Shown here: piece by piece, positions 10,442 to 20,040 of the stretch
Layout of the letters: every line of letters starts with the position of its first letter
How positions within the stretch are numbered: position 1 is the first letter of the stretch
Assembly: GCA_963662945.1 (NCBI GenBank)
Contig: OY759974.1
Span: 1,344,001 to 1,408,000 of the forward strand
Direction: 5' to 3'
DNA length: 64,000 nucleotides
Source of the DNA: Arcobacteraceae bacterium
GTDB lineage: Bacteria > Campylobacterota > Campylobacteria > Campylobacterales > Arcobacteraceae
The notes under the pieces: generated by a model
Seen by the model: only the letters and a program-made list of their open reading frames with translations
Told to the model about the DNA's origin: nothing
The model's database searches: none
Translations under genes and position numbers: made by a program

Positions 10442-11100
10442 ATAATTTAAAAAATTTTAAAGTGTTATTTTTAGAAGATAATCAAACTTTTGCAGAGCAT
10501 ACAATTTACTTTTTAGAGTTATATCTTAAAGAGGTAATACATTGTGTTTCTATGAAAGAAGCTTTAGAAAAGTTTCAACAAAACGAAATTGATATTATCA
10601 TTAGTGATTTAAAAGTTAAAGATGGATTGGCATTAAGTTTTATAGAACAAATTAGAAGTATAAATAAAGAGATACCAATTGTTGTTTTAAGTGCACATAA
10701 AGATGAAGAGTTTTTATTAAAAGCAATACCTTTAGGATTAACATCTTATGAAATTAAACCTATTAATTTTTCAGATTTTAAAAATGTTCTCAACAAATGT
10801 GCTAAAACAATAAATGGTAATAGTTTAGTGTTTTTAAAAGAGGATATTTTTTATGATTATAATAAAAAATCAATTTATAAAAATGAACAAGAGATAATTT
10901 TAAGTAAAAAAGAATCTCTCTTTGTTGAATTACTTGTCAAAAATAAAAATAGTGTTACTAGTAAAGATGATATTAATAATTTTATATGGGAAAATGAATT
11001 TATGAGCGAATCTGCATTGAAAAATTTTCTCTTAAGAGTAAGAAAGAAAGTTGGGAAAGACTTTTTTTATACGATTCAGAATATTGGGTATAGATTATAA
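10438..11100 (+). CDS. OmpR-family response regulator
   Basis: REC (LFLED, IISDLKV, IKP) plus winged helix (LSKKE...ALKNFLLRVRKKV...IGYRL). Confidence 0.92.
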   Translation: MNNLKNFKVLFLEDNQTFAEHTIYFLELYLKEVIHCVSMKEALEKFQQNEIDIIISDLKVKDGLALSFIEQIRSINKEIPIVVLSAHKDEEFLLKAIPLGLTSYEIKPINFSDFKNVLNKCAKTINGNSLVFLKEDIFYDYNKKSIYKNEQEIILSKKESLFVELLVKNKNSVTSKDDINNFIWENEFMSESALKNFLLRVRKKVGKDFFYTIQNIGYRL

Positions 11101-11102
11101 TA

Positions 11103-11669
11103 TTAGTGTAAAATTGTAAAAGTTTTTATTTCTTTAAATCCAATCATTGCATTTAAAAGGGCAATTTTGGATGCTGATTTTAAATCTTCTACTGTTAAAT
11201 TTGCTTCAGATAATACCTTTTCTTCCAACAGTCTTGCTCTGGTTGTCCCTTCTAATAATGGTTCTTTTGGTGTAAGCCATTTATTTTCTTTAAAAATTGC
11301 AATATTTGCTATTGATGTATCAGTTAGTAATCCATTTTTAACTATTAAAATTTCGTCAGCTAAACCTTTTTTCATATAAAGTTTCTCTATATCTTCTCTG
11401 TCTAAATATTTATATTTATAGCTGATATCATTATTTTCAATAACTTTTAATATTTTAATATCTTTTGGTGTATATTTGAAATAATCTATTTTTTCTATAC
11501 CATTTTGAGAATAGATTACTTTTACTCTAAAAAGATGATCTGTAGGTGGATAAATATACTCATGTAAGTCAATATTAAGACCAATAGTTTTTGAGAGTCT
11601 TTGATTATGATAATGTAAGTTAAAAACTTCAAAATCTTCACATTTTATTGTTTCAAAAAAATAATTCAT
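11103..11669 (-). CDS. pabC: class IV aminotransferase, probable 4-amino-4-deoxychorismate lyase
   Basis: FFETIK, HNQRL, DTSIANIA, LLEGTTRARL; overlaps the pabB stop (ATGA). Confidence 0.8.
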   Translation of the reverse strand: MNYFFETIKCEDFEVFNLHYHNQRLSKTIGLNIDLHEYIYPPTDHLFRVKVIYSQNGIEKIDYFKYTPKDIKILKVIENNDISYKYKYLDREDIEKLYMKKGLADEILIVKNGLLTDTSIANIAIFKENKWLTPKEPLLEGTTRARLLEEKVLSEANLTVEDLKSASKIALLNAMIGFKEIKTFTILH

Positions 11670-12604
11670 GGAATATACACCTTATCAAGCATCTCTTGGT
11701 ACTCTTTTTTAGGGTCACTATCGCAAGTAATTCCACCGCCACTTTTATAGATTAATTTATCATTTTCCTTTTGAATAAATCGTATCATTACAGCACTGTC
11801 TAAACTTTTTCCATCAAATACTCCAAAAATGCCCGTAAAGTACCTTCTTTCATATTTTTCTACTTTATTGATGATTTGTATTGTTTTTTTCTTTGGAGTC
11901 CCTGTGATGCTTCCTGCTGGCAATAATGAGCTAATAATATCTCCTACTTTATTTTGCCAATTATTTTTTAGTTTTCCAGATATTTTAGAACTAATTTGGA
12001 AAAGTTCTTTTTCCCCTGCTTTTATTTTTTCACAATATCTAAATTTTTCTACTTCTACTTTTGTTGCTATAATTGATAAATCATTACGTAATAAATCTAC
12101 TACCATAGTATGCTCTGCTAATTCTTTGTAATCATTTAGGATAATCTCTTCAGCATTTGGAATATTAGCATCTATGGTTCCTTTCATTGGATATGTGTAA
12201 ATTTGATTATTTTGAATTTTACAAAAACTTTCAGGAGAAAAGCAAATGAACTCATCTTTATACAATAGTTTATATTTACCGTTTGCTACAGAGTATATTT
12301 CTTGTAAAGACAAATCAGTTTCAATTGGAGTTTGTGTTGTAAGATTTATAAGATATGTGTTTCCAGAAGCGATTTCAGTTTGAATTTGATTGAATTTTTC
12401 TAAATAATTCTCATAATTTATTGGATTTTTTTTGATTGCAATATTATTTGTATTTGATGATGATTGCGTATTTATAGAAAAATGAATATCATTTGGAATT
12501 TTATCTAATGGGATTATTTCATAATTTTTTTTATCATAACTTATCATAAAAAAAAATGGCTCTTTTTTTGAGCCATAATAATTAAGTGTTTCTTCTAGTC
12601 CCAC
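11666..12604 (-). CDS. pabB: aminodeoxychorismate synthase component I
   Basis: FSPESF, PMKGT, KELAEHTMVVDLLRNDL, LPAGSITGTPK, DSAVMIR, SGGGIT. Confidence 0.92.
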   Translation of the reverse strand: MGLEETLNYYGSKKEPFFFMISYDKKNYEIIPLDKIPNDIHFSINTQSSSNTNNIAIKKNPINYENYLEKFNQIQTEIASGNTYLINLTTQTPIETDLSLQEIYSVANGKYKLLYKDEFICFSPESFCKIQNNQIYTYPMKGTIDANIPNAEEIILNDYKELAEHTMVVDLLRNDLSIIATKVEVEKFRYCEKIKAGEKELFQISSKISGKLKNNWQNKVGDIISSLLPAGSITGTPKKKTIQIINKVEKYERRYFTGIFGVFDGKSLDSAVMIRFIQKENDKLIYKSGGGITCDSDPKKEYQEMLDKVYIP

Positions 12605-12613
12605 AATAAGTAA

Positions 12614-13507
12614 CTATTGATTTAAAATTAATTTTTTTAAACAAGCCATTCTAACTGCTACACCATTTCTTACTTGTTCTAAAACTTTTGAACGAGGATC
12701 ATCTAACATCTCATCACTTATATCAATATTTCTATTTACAGGACCTGGATGCATTAGAAGAATATCTCTATCTCCCATCATTTTTTTTGTGATACAATAT
12801 TTTTTGCTATATTTTTTTGTATTTTCTTCTAGCTCTTCATCTGATAATGTAAAAGTATGTCTTTCATGTTGTACTCGTAAACTCATAATAATATCAAGAT
12901 CATCTATAACTTTTTTAATATTTTTTACTGTTTTATATTGTGATACTACTCTAAATTCTTTTGGTGCTACTAAAATTGGATTTAAACCAAATCTAGGTAA
13001 TAGTTCAAGATTTGAAGAAGCAACTCTTGAGTTGAAGATATCTCCAACTATCGCTATATTTCTATCTTTTACATCATAATCAAAATGTTCCATTATAGTA
13101 AAAAGGTCTAAAAGTGCTTGTGTAGGATGTGCATTTTTACCATCACCTGCATTTAGGATAGGACAATTTACATAACTTTTTAAACTATTTGGCAAACCAC
13201 ATTCACTATGTCTTATAATAATAGCGTCTGGTTTCATAGCATTTAGATTTGCAACAGTATCTTCTACTGTTTCCCCTTTTTTAGTTGAACTTGTTTGTAC
13301 TTCCAAATTTACTACATCTGCACCAAGTCTTTTAGCAGCAATTTCAAAACTACTTCGGGTTCGTGTAGAATTTTCAAAAAAAAGAGTAACGATAAGTTTT
13401 CCCTCTAAAAGTTTATTTGAACTAAGGTCTAAAAAAAGTTTAGCATCTTCAAAAAGTTTTATGATTTCATCGTTAGAAAAGTCACTTGTTGTTATTAAAT
13501 GTTTCAT
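12614..13507 (-). CDS. pyrB: aspartate carbamoyltransferase catalytic subunit
   Basis: FFENSTRTRSSFE, NAGDGKNAHPTQALLD, MHPGPVNR. Confidence 0.97.
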   Translation of the reverse strand: MKHLITTSDFSNDEIIKLFEDAKLFLDLSSNKLLEGKLIVTLFFENSTRTRSSFEIAAKRLGADVVNLEVQTSSTKKGETVEDTVANLNAMKPDAIIIRHSECGLPNSLKSYVNCPILNAGDGKNAHPTQALLDLFTIMEHFDYDVKDRNIAIVGDIFNSRVASSNLELLPRFGLNPILVAPKEFRVVSQYKTVKNIKKVIDDLDIIMSLRVQHERHTFTLSDEELEENTKKYSKKYCITKKMMGDRDILLMHPGPVNRNIDISDEMLDDPRSKVLEQVRNGVAVRMACLKKLILNQ

Positions 13508-13562
13508 ATATTGTCCTAAATTTATTTTAGATTATATCATAAGTTTGATTTAGAAATATCCT

Positions 13563-14747
13563 TTAAATCATTTTAATTTTTTCAAGCCATTCATTTAAAG
13601 TTTTTTCATAACCTATTTTTTTGGTTTCATAAAATTTAATATTTTTTTCCAAATATTGTTGTTCAACAAAACCTCCAAAATCATGAGGGTATTTGTACCC
13701 TATATGACTATCTTGGAGATGTTTAGGTATTGGAAGTATTTCACTGGTTTTTACAAAATTTAGTGCACTATTTATAGCAGTATATGCACTATTTGATTTT
13801 GGAGATGATGCTAAATAAATAACACATTGTGAAAGAATGATTCGTGATTCTGGATAACCTATTTTAGAAGTGGTTAGATAGGTGCTTGTAGCTAAGTTAA
13901 GTGCATTTGGATTTGCGTTTCCTATATCTTCACTGGCAAGTATTACCAATCTTCTAGATATAAATTCTACACTTTCTCCTCCATCGATGAGTCGTGCTAA
14001 ATAATATAATGCTGCATCTACATCACTACCTCTAATTGATTTGATCATCGCACTAATAATGTCATAATGACTTTGAGAGCTACTCACTCCATCACCCATT
14101 GATGTTTCTCGTAACTCTTTTAAAAGAGTTATTGTTATCTCTTTATCTACTTTAGCTGCAAAGTCAAGTAAGTTTAATAATGCTCTTCCATCACCACTAC
14201 TAGAAATTATGAGATATTCTATAGACTCTTGATTTATAGTTATATCAAGTTTTTTGATTGCTTTGTTTAGTAGTAGTTCTAACTCTTGATAATTTAATGA
14301 TTTGAATTCATAAAGAAAACTACGAGAACGTATTCCATTTGTCAAGCTAAAAAAAGGATTCTCTGTACTTGCACCTATAATAATAGCATCATAGTTTTCC
14401 ATAATAGGTAAAAGAACTTCTTGTTGTGTTTTTGTTAGTCTATGTACCTCATCTATAAAAATTAGAGGTTTTAATAATCCATTCTCATAACGTTTAAAAA
14501 TAGTTCTTAGCTCCTCTATTTTAAGACTAGTTGCATTAAGGTTATAAAAATCATAGCCACTATTTTTAGCAATGATTTTTGCTAATGAAGTTTTTCCTGT
14601 TCCTGGTTTTCCATAAAAAAAGAGATGAGGAATCTCCTTTTTTTCTGTAAGTTTATAGAGGGCTTTCCCTTTCCCTATTATATGAGATTGTCCTACAAAT
14701 TCTTCTAAATTATTTGGACGTAAAAGGTTTGCTAGATTAGTAGTCAT
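13563..14747 (-). CDS. rarA: replication-associated recombination protein A (AAA+ ATPase)
   Basis: LRP..LEEFVGQ, GKPGTGKTS, FIDEVHR, ASTENP, KSIRGSD, ASEDIG, YKYPHDF; start placed at ATG 14747. Confidence 0.93.
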   Translation of the reverse strand: MTTNLANLLRPNNLEEFVGQSHIIGKGKALYKLTEKKEIPHLFFYGKPGTGKTSLAKIIAKNSGYDFYNLNATSLKIEELRTIFKRYENGLLKPLIFIDEVHRLTKTQQEVLLPIMENYDAIIIGASTENPFFSLTNGIRSRSFLYEFKSLNYQELELLLNKAIKKLDITINQESIEYLIISSSGDGRALLNLLDFAAKVDKEITITLLKELRETSMGDGVSSSQSHYDIISAMIKSIRGSDVDAALYYLARLIDGGESVEFISRRLVILASEDIGNANPNALNLATSTYLTTSKIGYPESRIILSQCVIYLASSPKSNSAYTAINSALNFVKTSEILPIPKHLQDSHIGYKYPHDFGGFVEQQYLEKNIKFYETKKIGYEKTLNEWLEKIKMI

Positions 14748-15576
14748 CTTCTTCAAAATCTTCTTGAGAGTTTTTTCTATTAAGTTTTGTTTGTTCTTTC
14801 ATGAAATATCTTAAGTTTTCATATTCATCACTTTCTAGATATCTTACTTTCCCTGATGGAAGATTGTTTAAATTAATCCCGCCAAAACTAACTCTTTTTA
14901 GGTCAACTATTTTAGAGCCAAAGTGTGCAAAAAATCTTCGAAGTTCCCTATTCTTTCCTTCTGCAATTGCAACTTTTAGTTTCGAATATTTAGGTGTATT
15001 TGTTTGGATTTGATAACCTATAAATGGTGCAAATTCCATACTTATTGTTTTTGTTTTATCCCAAGCACCTGCTGTTGCATCATCTAAAGTTATTCCATTT
15101 TCCATTGCACTAATCATTGCAGGAGTAACTTCCCCTTCAATTTTTATTTTATAAACTCTTTCAAGATTTGAGTTCATTAATGCTGTTGCAATAGTTGGAT
15201 CATCTGTAAGTAAAAGTAATCCCTCACTTGCAAAGTCTAGTCTTCCTATAGGGATAAAATGATTAAACTTTTTTGGTATGGTATCATATATGATTTTACG
15301 ACCTTGCGGATCATTTTTTGATACAATTTCTCCTTTTAATTTATTGTAAACAATTACTGTTGATGCTCTTTTATAATCAACTTTTACAGTTCTTCCATTT
15401 ACTTTTACGATAGTTTTGTTGTTTACCTTTGTAGATAAATCACTTATAACTTTACCATCTATTGAAACTTTTCCAGCTTTGATTAATTCATCAGCTTCTC
15501 TTCTGCTAAATCTACTATTATGTGATATAAACTTATTTAGTCTTGTTCCATTTTCATTATTGTCATTATTTCCCAT
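14737..15576 (-). CDS. rluB: 23S rRNA pseudouridine synthase (RsuA/RluB family)
   Basis: S4 domain RLNKFISH..SRREAD, catalytic GRLDFASEGLLLLT, EGKNRELRR. Confidence 0.9.
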   Translation of the reverse strand: MGNNDNNENGTRLNKFISHNSRFSRREADELIKAGKVSIDGKVISDLSTKVNNKTIVKVNGRTVKVDYKRASTVIVYNKLKGEIVSKNDPQGRKIIYDTIPKKFNHFIPIGRLDFASEGLLLLTDDPTIATALMNSNLERVYKIKIEGEVTPAMISAMENGITLDDATAGAWDKTKTISMEFAPFIGYQIQTNTPKYSKLKVAIAEGKNRELRRFFAHFGSKIVDLKRVSFGGINLNNLPSGKVRYLESDEYENLRYFMKEQTKLNRKNSQEDFEEDDY

Positions 15577-15663
15577 GATTATTTCCTTTTGTTTTATGTT
15601 TGTATTATAACTAAATTATTTGGTATTTTAAGTTATTTTGATTTATTTATATAGTTGAAGATT

Positions 15664-15700
15664 AGAAATAAAAAGAGTCTAATTTACTCTTTTTATTTCT
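15664..15700. terminator. hairpin/terminator downstream of rnj
   Basis: Perfect 15-bp IR AGAAATAAAAAGAGT-ctaattt-ACTCTTTTTATTTCT. Confidence 0.7.
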
Positions 15701-15702
15701 TT

Positions 15703-15718
15703 TGTTCCATGTGGAACA
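15703..15718. promoter_or_regulatory. parS: parS centromere-like site
   Basis: TGTTCCATGTGGAACA, one mismatch to the palindrome TGTTCCACGTGGAACA; intergenic. Confidence 0.8.
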
Positions 15719-15743
15719 TTCTAGTTAAAAGATATACTGTTAA

Positions 15744-17675
15744 TTATTGAACAAAAATAGTAGGAACTATCATTGGATATTTTCTATATTTTCTTATACA
15801 ATGTTTTCTTACTACTTTTCTAAGTTCTTCTTCAACAGCTCTTGTATTTTGTAAAATACCTGGTTTAATATGTTCTAGGAAGTGTTCTAAAATATCTTCA
15901 ATCTCTTTTGAAAAATGTTTTTCTTGTTTAGCATCAACGATACCAAATGAACTTACTCTTGCAGGACCTACAACTTTTCTGTCATTTTCATTGATTTGTG
16001 CTACTATCATAATAACACCTTCATTTGCCATAGTTTGTCTATCAATAATAACATCATCACCAATTTTTCTGTTTCTTTGGTTATCAATATATGTTTTTCC
16101 TGTTTTTACTGTTTTTACTTTTTTAAGATATTTTGGTGAGATTTCTACTTGTTCTCCATCACTTAAAATATATGTATTTCTTTCTAATACACCACAGTCT
16201 ACACCTGTTTGAATATGTCTTACAACGTGGTTATATTCTCCATGTATTGGTAAAAAGAATTTTGGTTTAATAAGTCTTAACATAAGTTTTTGTTCTTCTT
16301 GTCCAGCATGTCCAGATACATGAATATTATCATAATTTTGATATGCAACATGTGCTCCAGCTTTTTGTATTTGATTAATAATTTCAGATACACTCGCTTC
16401 ATTTCCTGGGATAGCTTTTGCTGATAAGATAACAACATCTTCTGGTTTGATTTTAACGTGTCTATGTTCATGGATAGACATTCTAAATAAAGCACTCATA
16501 GGTTCCCCTTGGCTTCCTGTCGTAACGATTAAAATCTCTTTGTCAAGATGTTTATTTACTTCATGTGCTTCTATAAATTTGTCTTTTGGAAATTTTAAAT
16601 ATCCTAGATTTAAAGCAATCTCTAGGTTTTTTTCCATACTTCTACCGATAACACAGATTTTTCTTCCATGATCTAATCCACATTGAATGGCTTGTGCAAC
16701 TCTATGAAGATTAGAACTAAATGTAGACATAATAACTCTACCTTTTGCTTTAGAAAAAATATTTTCAAATGTTGGTCCAACTGTTTTTTCTGTTTTAGTA
16801 TAACCTGGAGAATGAGAGTTTGTACTATCACTTAGTAGTGCTAAAACACCCTTCTCTCCATAATATGCAAGTCTATGTAAATCTGTAGGATATCCATCAA
16901 CAGGAGTATGATCTATTTTAAAATCCCCAGTATGTATGATTGTACCAGCTTCTGTTGTAATTGCCAATGCAGAACTGTCGATAATAGAGTGTGTAATATG
17001 CATCCATTCAACTTCAAAGTCACCTATTTTTATAGGTTTTCTTTTTTGAATAGCTCTAAAATAACTTCTATGTTGTTTCATTTTATGCTCATCAAATTTC
17101 GCACCAACTGATTCTAAAGGCAATGATGTTCCATAAATAGGAACTTGTAATTCTTTAAAAATATATGGCATCGCACCAATATGGTCTTCATGGGCATGTG
17201 TAATACAAATTGCAGCAATTTTACTTCTAATTTGTCTTATATATGTGAAATCAGGGATAAGAATATCAACACCATGCATTGACTCGTCTGGGAAACTCAT
17301 CCCAACATCAATAATGATAGCACTTTTATCAGTTTCAACAACCATCATGTTTCCACCAATTTCACCAAGTCCACCAAGTGGAGTTACTTTTATACTAGCT
17401 TCTGTTTTAAGGTTAAGTTTATTGTGTGGATTTAATCTATCTTTTTGGATTTTTTCATTTGCTTCAAATGCTTTTTTAAGATCATTCATCCATCCATTAC
17501 CACTTACTGGTGGTTTTTTCTTTGGAGGAATAGTTCTTCCTTTTTGATTAGGTTTTTGTTCTTCTTTGTTTTGTTGTGTCGGTTCTTGTACTGGTTTGCT
17601 ATCTATGTCTTGTGGAGTATTGTTAATAGCTGTTTGTAATGTTTCAGTTTTCTGTATAACTTTCGTTTCTTCCAT
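15744..17675 (-). CDS. rnj: ribonuclease J
   Basis: PLGGLGEIGGNM, THAHEDHIG, HTGDFKID, TGSQGEP, HVSGH, PIHGEY; low-complexity N-terminal extension as in Helicobacter RNase J. Confidence 0.96.
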   Translation of the reverse strand: MEETKVIQKTETLQTAINNTPQDIDSKPVQEPTQQNKEEQKPNQKGRTIPPKKKPPVSGNGWMNDLKKAFEANEKIQKDRLNPHNKLNLKTEASIKVTPLGGLGEIGGNMMVVETDKSAIIIDVGMSFPDESMHGVDILIPDFTYIRQIRSKIAAICITHAHEDHIGAMPYIFKELQVPIYGTSLPLESVGAKFDEHKMKQHRSYFRAIQKRKPIKIGDFEVEWMHITHSIIDSSALAITTEAGTIIHTGDFKIDHTPVDGYPTDLHRLAYYGEKGVLALLSDSTNSHSPGYTKTEKTVGPTFENIFSKAKGRVIMSTFSSNLHRVAQAIQCGLDHGRKICVIGRSMEKNLEIALNLGYLKFPKDKFIEAHEVNKHLDKEILIVTTGSQGEPMSALFRMSIHEHRHVKIKPEDVVILSAKAIPGNEASVSEIINQIQKAGAHVAYQNYDNIHVSGHAGQEEQKLMLRLIKPKFFLPIHGEYNHVVRHIQTGVDCGVLERNTYILSDGEQVEISPKYLKKVKTVKTGKTYIDNQRNRKIGDDVIIDRQTMANEGVIMIVAQINENDRKVVGPARVSSFGIVDAKQEKHFSKEIEDILEHFLEHIKPGILQNTRAVEEELRKVVRKHCIRKYRKYPMIVPTIFVQ

Positions 17676-18459
17676 TTTGTTTTACCTTTGTATAAATATG
17701 GCTATACAAAGATGCATCAACTTCATGAGGTCTTGCAGACTCATTTATATTAAGTTCATTAAAAACTGAGCTTACAATCTCTTTGCTATAAGCAGAAGAT
17801 AAATTTTTACTCAGTTTTTTTCTTGGTTGGGAAAAACACACTTTTAAAAATTTGTTAAAATCAAAATCAAGTTTTTTATCCATATCTTTTTGAATATAGA
17901 TAACTGCTGAATCCACCTTTGGTGCTGGATCAAAACTTTCAGGTGGAACAACTACTAGAGTTTTCACCTGTTTTGAAATTAACTGTGTTATTACACTTAG
18001 CGCAGAGTATTCTTTTTCTCCACACTTCGCTGTAAATTTATCCGCAACTTCTTTTTGTATCATAACGATAATATGCTCACAATTTGTATCGTTAAATGAA
18101 TTTAATATAATGTTTGTCGCTATATAATAAGGCAGGTTTGCTATTAAGTCATATCTACCATTATAAAGCGAAGAGTTTTCATCCCATTTTTCTAAAACAT
18201 CACCTAAAATGATATTTAGTTTATTGGTTTCTAACTCTTTAGAAAACTCGGTTTGCAATATAGAGTATAAATCTCTATCAACCTCATAGGCTGTTACATC
18301 TTTGCACTTGACAAGTTTTTTTGTCAAATCACCTAATCCAGGCCCGATTTCTACAATATGATTATTGTTATGGGGCATCGATTGGATGATTTTAATTAGA
18401 ACTGACTCATCTTTTAAAAAATTTTGTCCAAATTTTTTCTTTGCTTTAATGTTTTTCAT
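17644..18459 (-). CDS. rsmA: 16S rRNA dimethyladenosine transferase
   Basis: KKKFGQNFL, VEIGPGLG, ANLPYYI, FDPAPKVDS. Confidence 0.96.
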   Translation of the reverse strand: MKNIKAKKKFGQNFLKDESVLIKIIQSMPHNNNHIVEIGPGLGDLTKKLVKCKDVTAYEVDRDLYSILQTEFSKELETNKLNIILGDVLEKWDENSSLYNGRYDLIANLPYYIATNIILNSFNDTNCEHIIVMIQKEVADKFTAKCGEKEYSALSVITQLISKQVKTLVVVPPESFDPAPKVDSAVIYIQKDMDKKLDFDFNKFLKVCFSQPRKKLSKNLSSAYSKEIVSSVFNELNINESARPHEVDASLYSHIYTKVKQNGRNESYTEN

Positions 18460-18612
18460 AATATTGGGAGAGAGTTTATCAGATTTATACTTACAAAAAG
18501 GTAATAAAGTTACAAATAATAATTATTTTTGTAACTACTATAAGTTTTATTATATCTGTATGTTTGTATTGATTTGATATAATGCTAAAATAATTAAGTA
18601 AATATAGGAAAA

Positions 18613-19377
18613 ATGATGAGTTATTTTGCAAAAAGAATTATACCTTGTTTAGATGTTGATAATGGTAGAGTTGTAAAAGGTATTAATTTTGTTGGTCTTA
18701 GAGATGCTGGAGATCCTGTTGAAGTAGCAAAAAGATATAATCAAGAGGGTGCTGATGAGATTACTTTTCTTGATATTGGTGCAAGTCATGAGGGAAGAGA
18801 CACAATCGTTGATGTTGTAAAAAAAGTTGCGCAAGAAGTTTTTATACCACTTACAGTTGGGGGTGGTATTAGAAAGCTTGATGATATTTATAATTTATTA
18901 AATGTAGGTTGCGATAAAGTTAGTATCAATAGTAGTGCAGTTACAAATCCAGATTTTATTAACCAAGGTGCAAAAAGATTTGGAAGTCAATGTATAGTTG
19001 TGGCAATAGATGTAAAAAAAGTTGCAGATGGAAGTTATCATGTTTTTGTTAAGGGTGGTAGAGAAGATACAGGTCTTGATGCTTTAGAATGGGCAAAAGA
19101 GGTTTATAATAGAGGTGCAGGAGAAATACTTCTGACATCAATGGATGCAGATGGTACAAAAGCTGGTTTCGAAACTAATATTACTGGGATGATTAGTAAA
19201 GCTGTTGAAATACCAGTTATTGCTTCAGGAGGTGCAGGGACTATGGAGCATATTAAAGATGCATTTTTATGTGGTGCAGAAGCTGCATTAGCTGCATCAA
19301 TATTTCATTTCAAAGAGATTGATATCATGGATTTAAAAAGATATTTAGCAGCAAATAATATACCAGTAAGGCTTTGA
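18613..19377 (+). CDS. hisF: imidazole glycerol phosphate synthase cyclase subunit
   Basis: [43 protein letters not shown]; start may be the second ATG (18616). Confidence 0.97.
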   Translation: MMSYFAKRIIPCLDVDNGRVVKGINFVGLRDAGDPVEVAKRYNQEGADEITFLDIGASHEGRDTIVDVVKKVAQEVFIPLTVGGGIRKLDDIYNLLNVGCDKVSINSSAVTNPDFINQGAKRFGSQCIVVAIDVKKVADGSYHVFVKGGREDTGLDALEWAKEVYNRGAGEILLTSMDADGTKAGFETNITGMISKAVEIPVIASGGAGTMEHIKDAFLCGAEAALAASIFHFKEIDIMDLKRYLAANNIPVRL

Positions 19378-19378
19378 T

Positions 19379-19921
19379 TTGATAGTTTGTGCAGGCAACA
19401 ATGAAACATTTCCTTTTGCAACTCCTATAGGAGTTGGCCTTATAGAAAGTGCAATTAACTTAACAAGATTGTGCCTTTTTGATAAGCCAGAGTATATATT
19501 ATTTATAGGAAGTGCTGGAAGTTATGGAGAGTATAATATTTTTGATATAGTAGAGAGCTCAAATGCTTCAAATATAGAGTTGTCTTTTTTTGAAGATAAT
19601 TCTTATACGCCAATTGATAATATTGTTAAATGTGAAGATTTAAAATTAGTAAGTGATACTATTGTAAACTCTTCAAATTATATTTCAACTAATGAACTAA
19701 TTACTAAAGAGTATCTGTCTTATGGAATAGGGATAGAAAATATGGAATTTTATTCAGTGGTAAAAGTTGCAAAAGAATTTGAGATAGATGTTAAAGGAAT
19801 TTTTGTAGTAACTAATTTTACAAATGAAGATGCGCATAAAGACTTTATATCAAATCATAATAAAGCCATGGATAAGTTAATAAAGCATTTAGAGATGAAA
19901 AATATTATCATAAAAAATTAA
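19379..19921 (+). CDS. purine-nucleoside phosphorylase-like protein
   Basis: PIGVGL, FIGSAGSY, ENMEFYSV, VTN (PNP/MTAN fold signature). Confidence 0.75.
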   Translation: MIVCAGNNETFPFATPIGVGLIESAINLTRLCLFDKPEYILFIGSAGSYGEYNIFDIVESSNASNIELSFFEDNSYTPIDNIVKCEDLKLVSDTIVNSSNYISTNELITKEYLSYGIGIENMEFYSVVKVAKEFEIDVKGIFVVTNFTNEDAHKDFISNHNKAMDKLIKHLEMKNIIIKN

Positions 19922-19923
19922 AT

Positions 19924-19939
19924 TGTTCCACGTAGAACA
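19924..19939. promoter_or_regulatory. parS: parS centromere-like site
   Basis: TGTTCCACGTAGAACA, one mismatch to TGTTCCACGTGGAACA; intergenic. Confidence 0.75.
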
Positions 19940-20040
19940 ATGTATTTTTTAAAAGAAGTGAAGAAAATTACTTTAGTGTATTTGAAATAGATGTAGTGAA
20001 AATTAAAGTAAAATAATCAAGCTATAATAAAGGATTTAAT

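Noticed and set aside
12548-12556. A9 homopolymer in pabB (and similar A/T runs) as phase-variation tracts
   Set aside because: Expected in an AT-rich genome; frames are intact, and no long poly-G/C tract of the Campylobacter contingency type was seen
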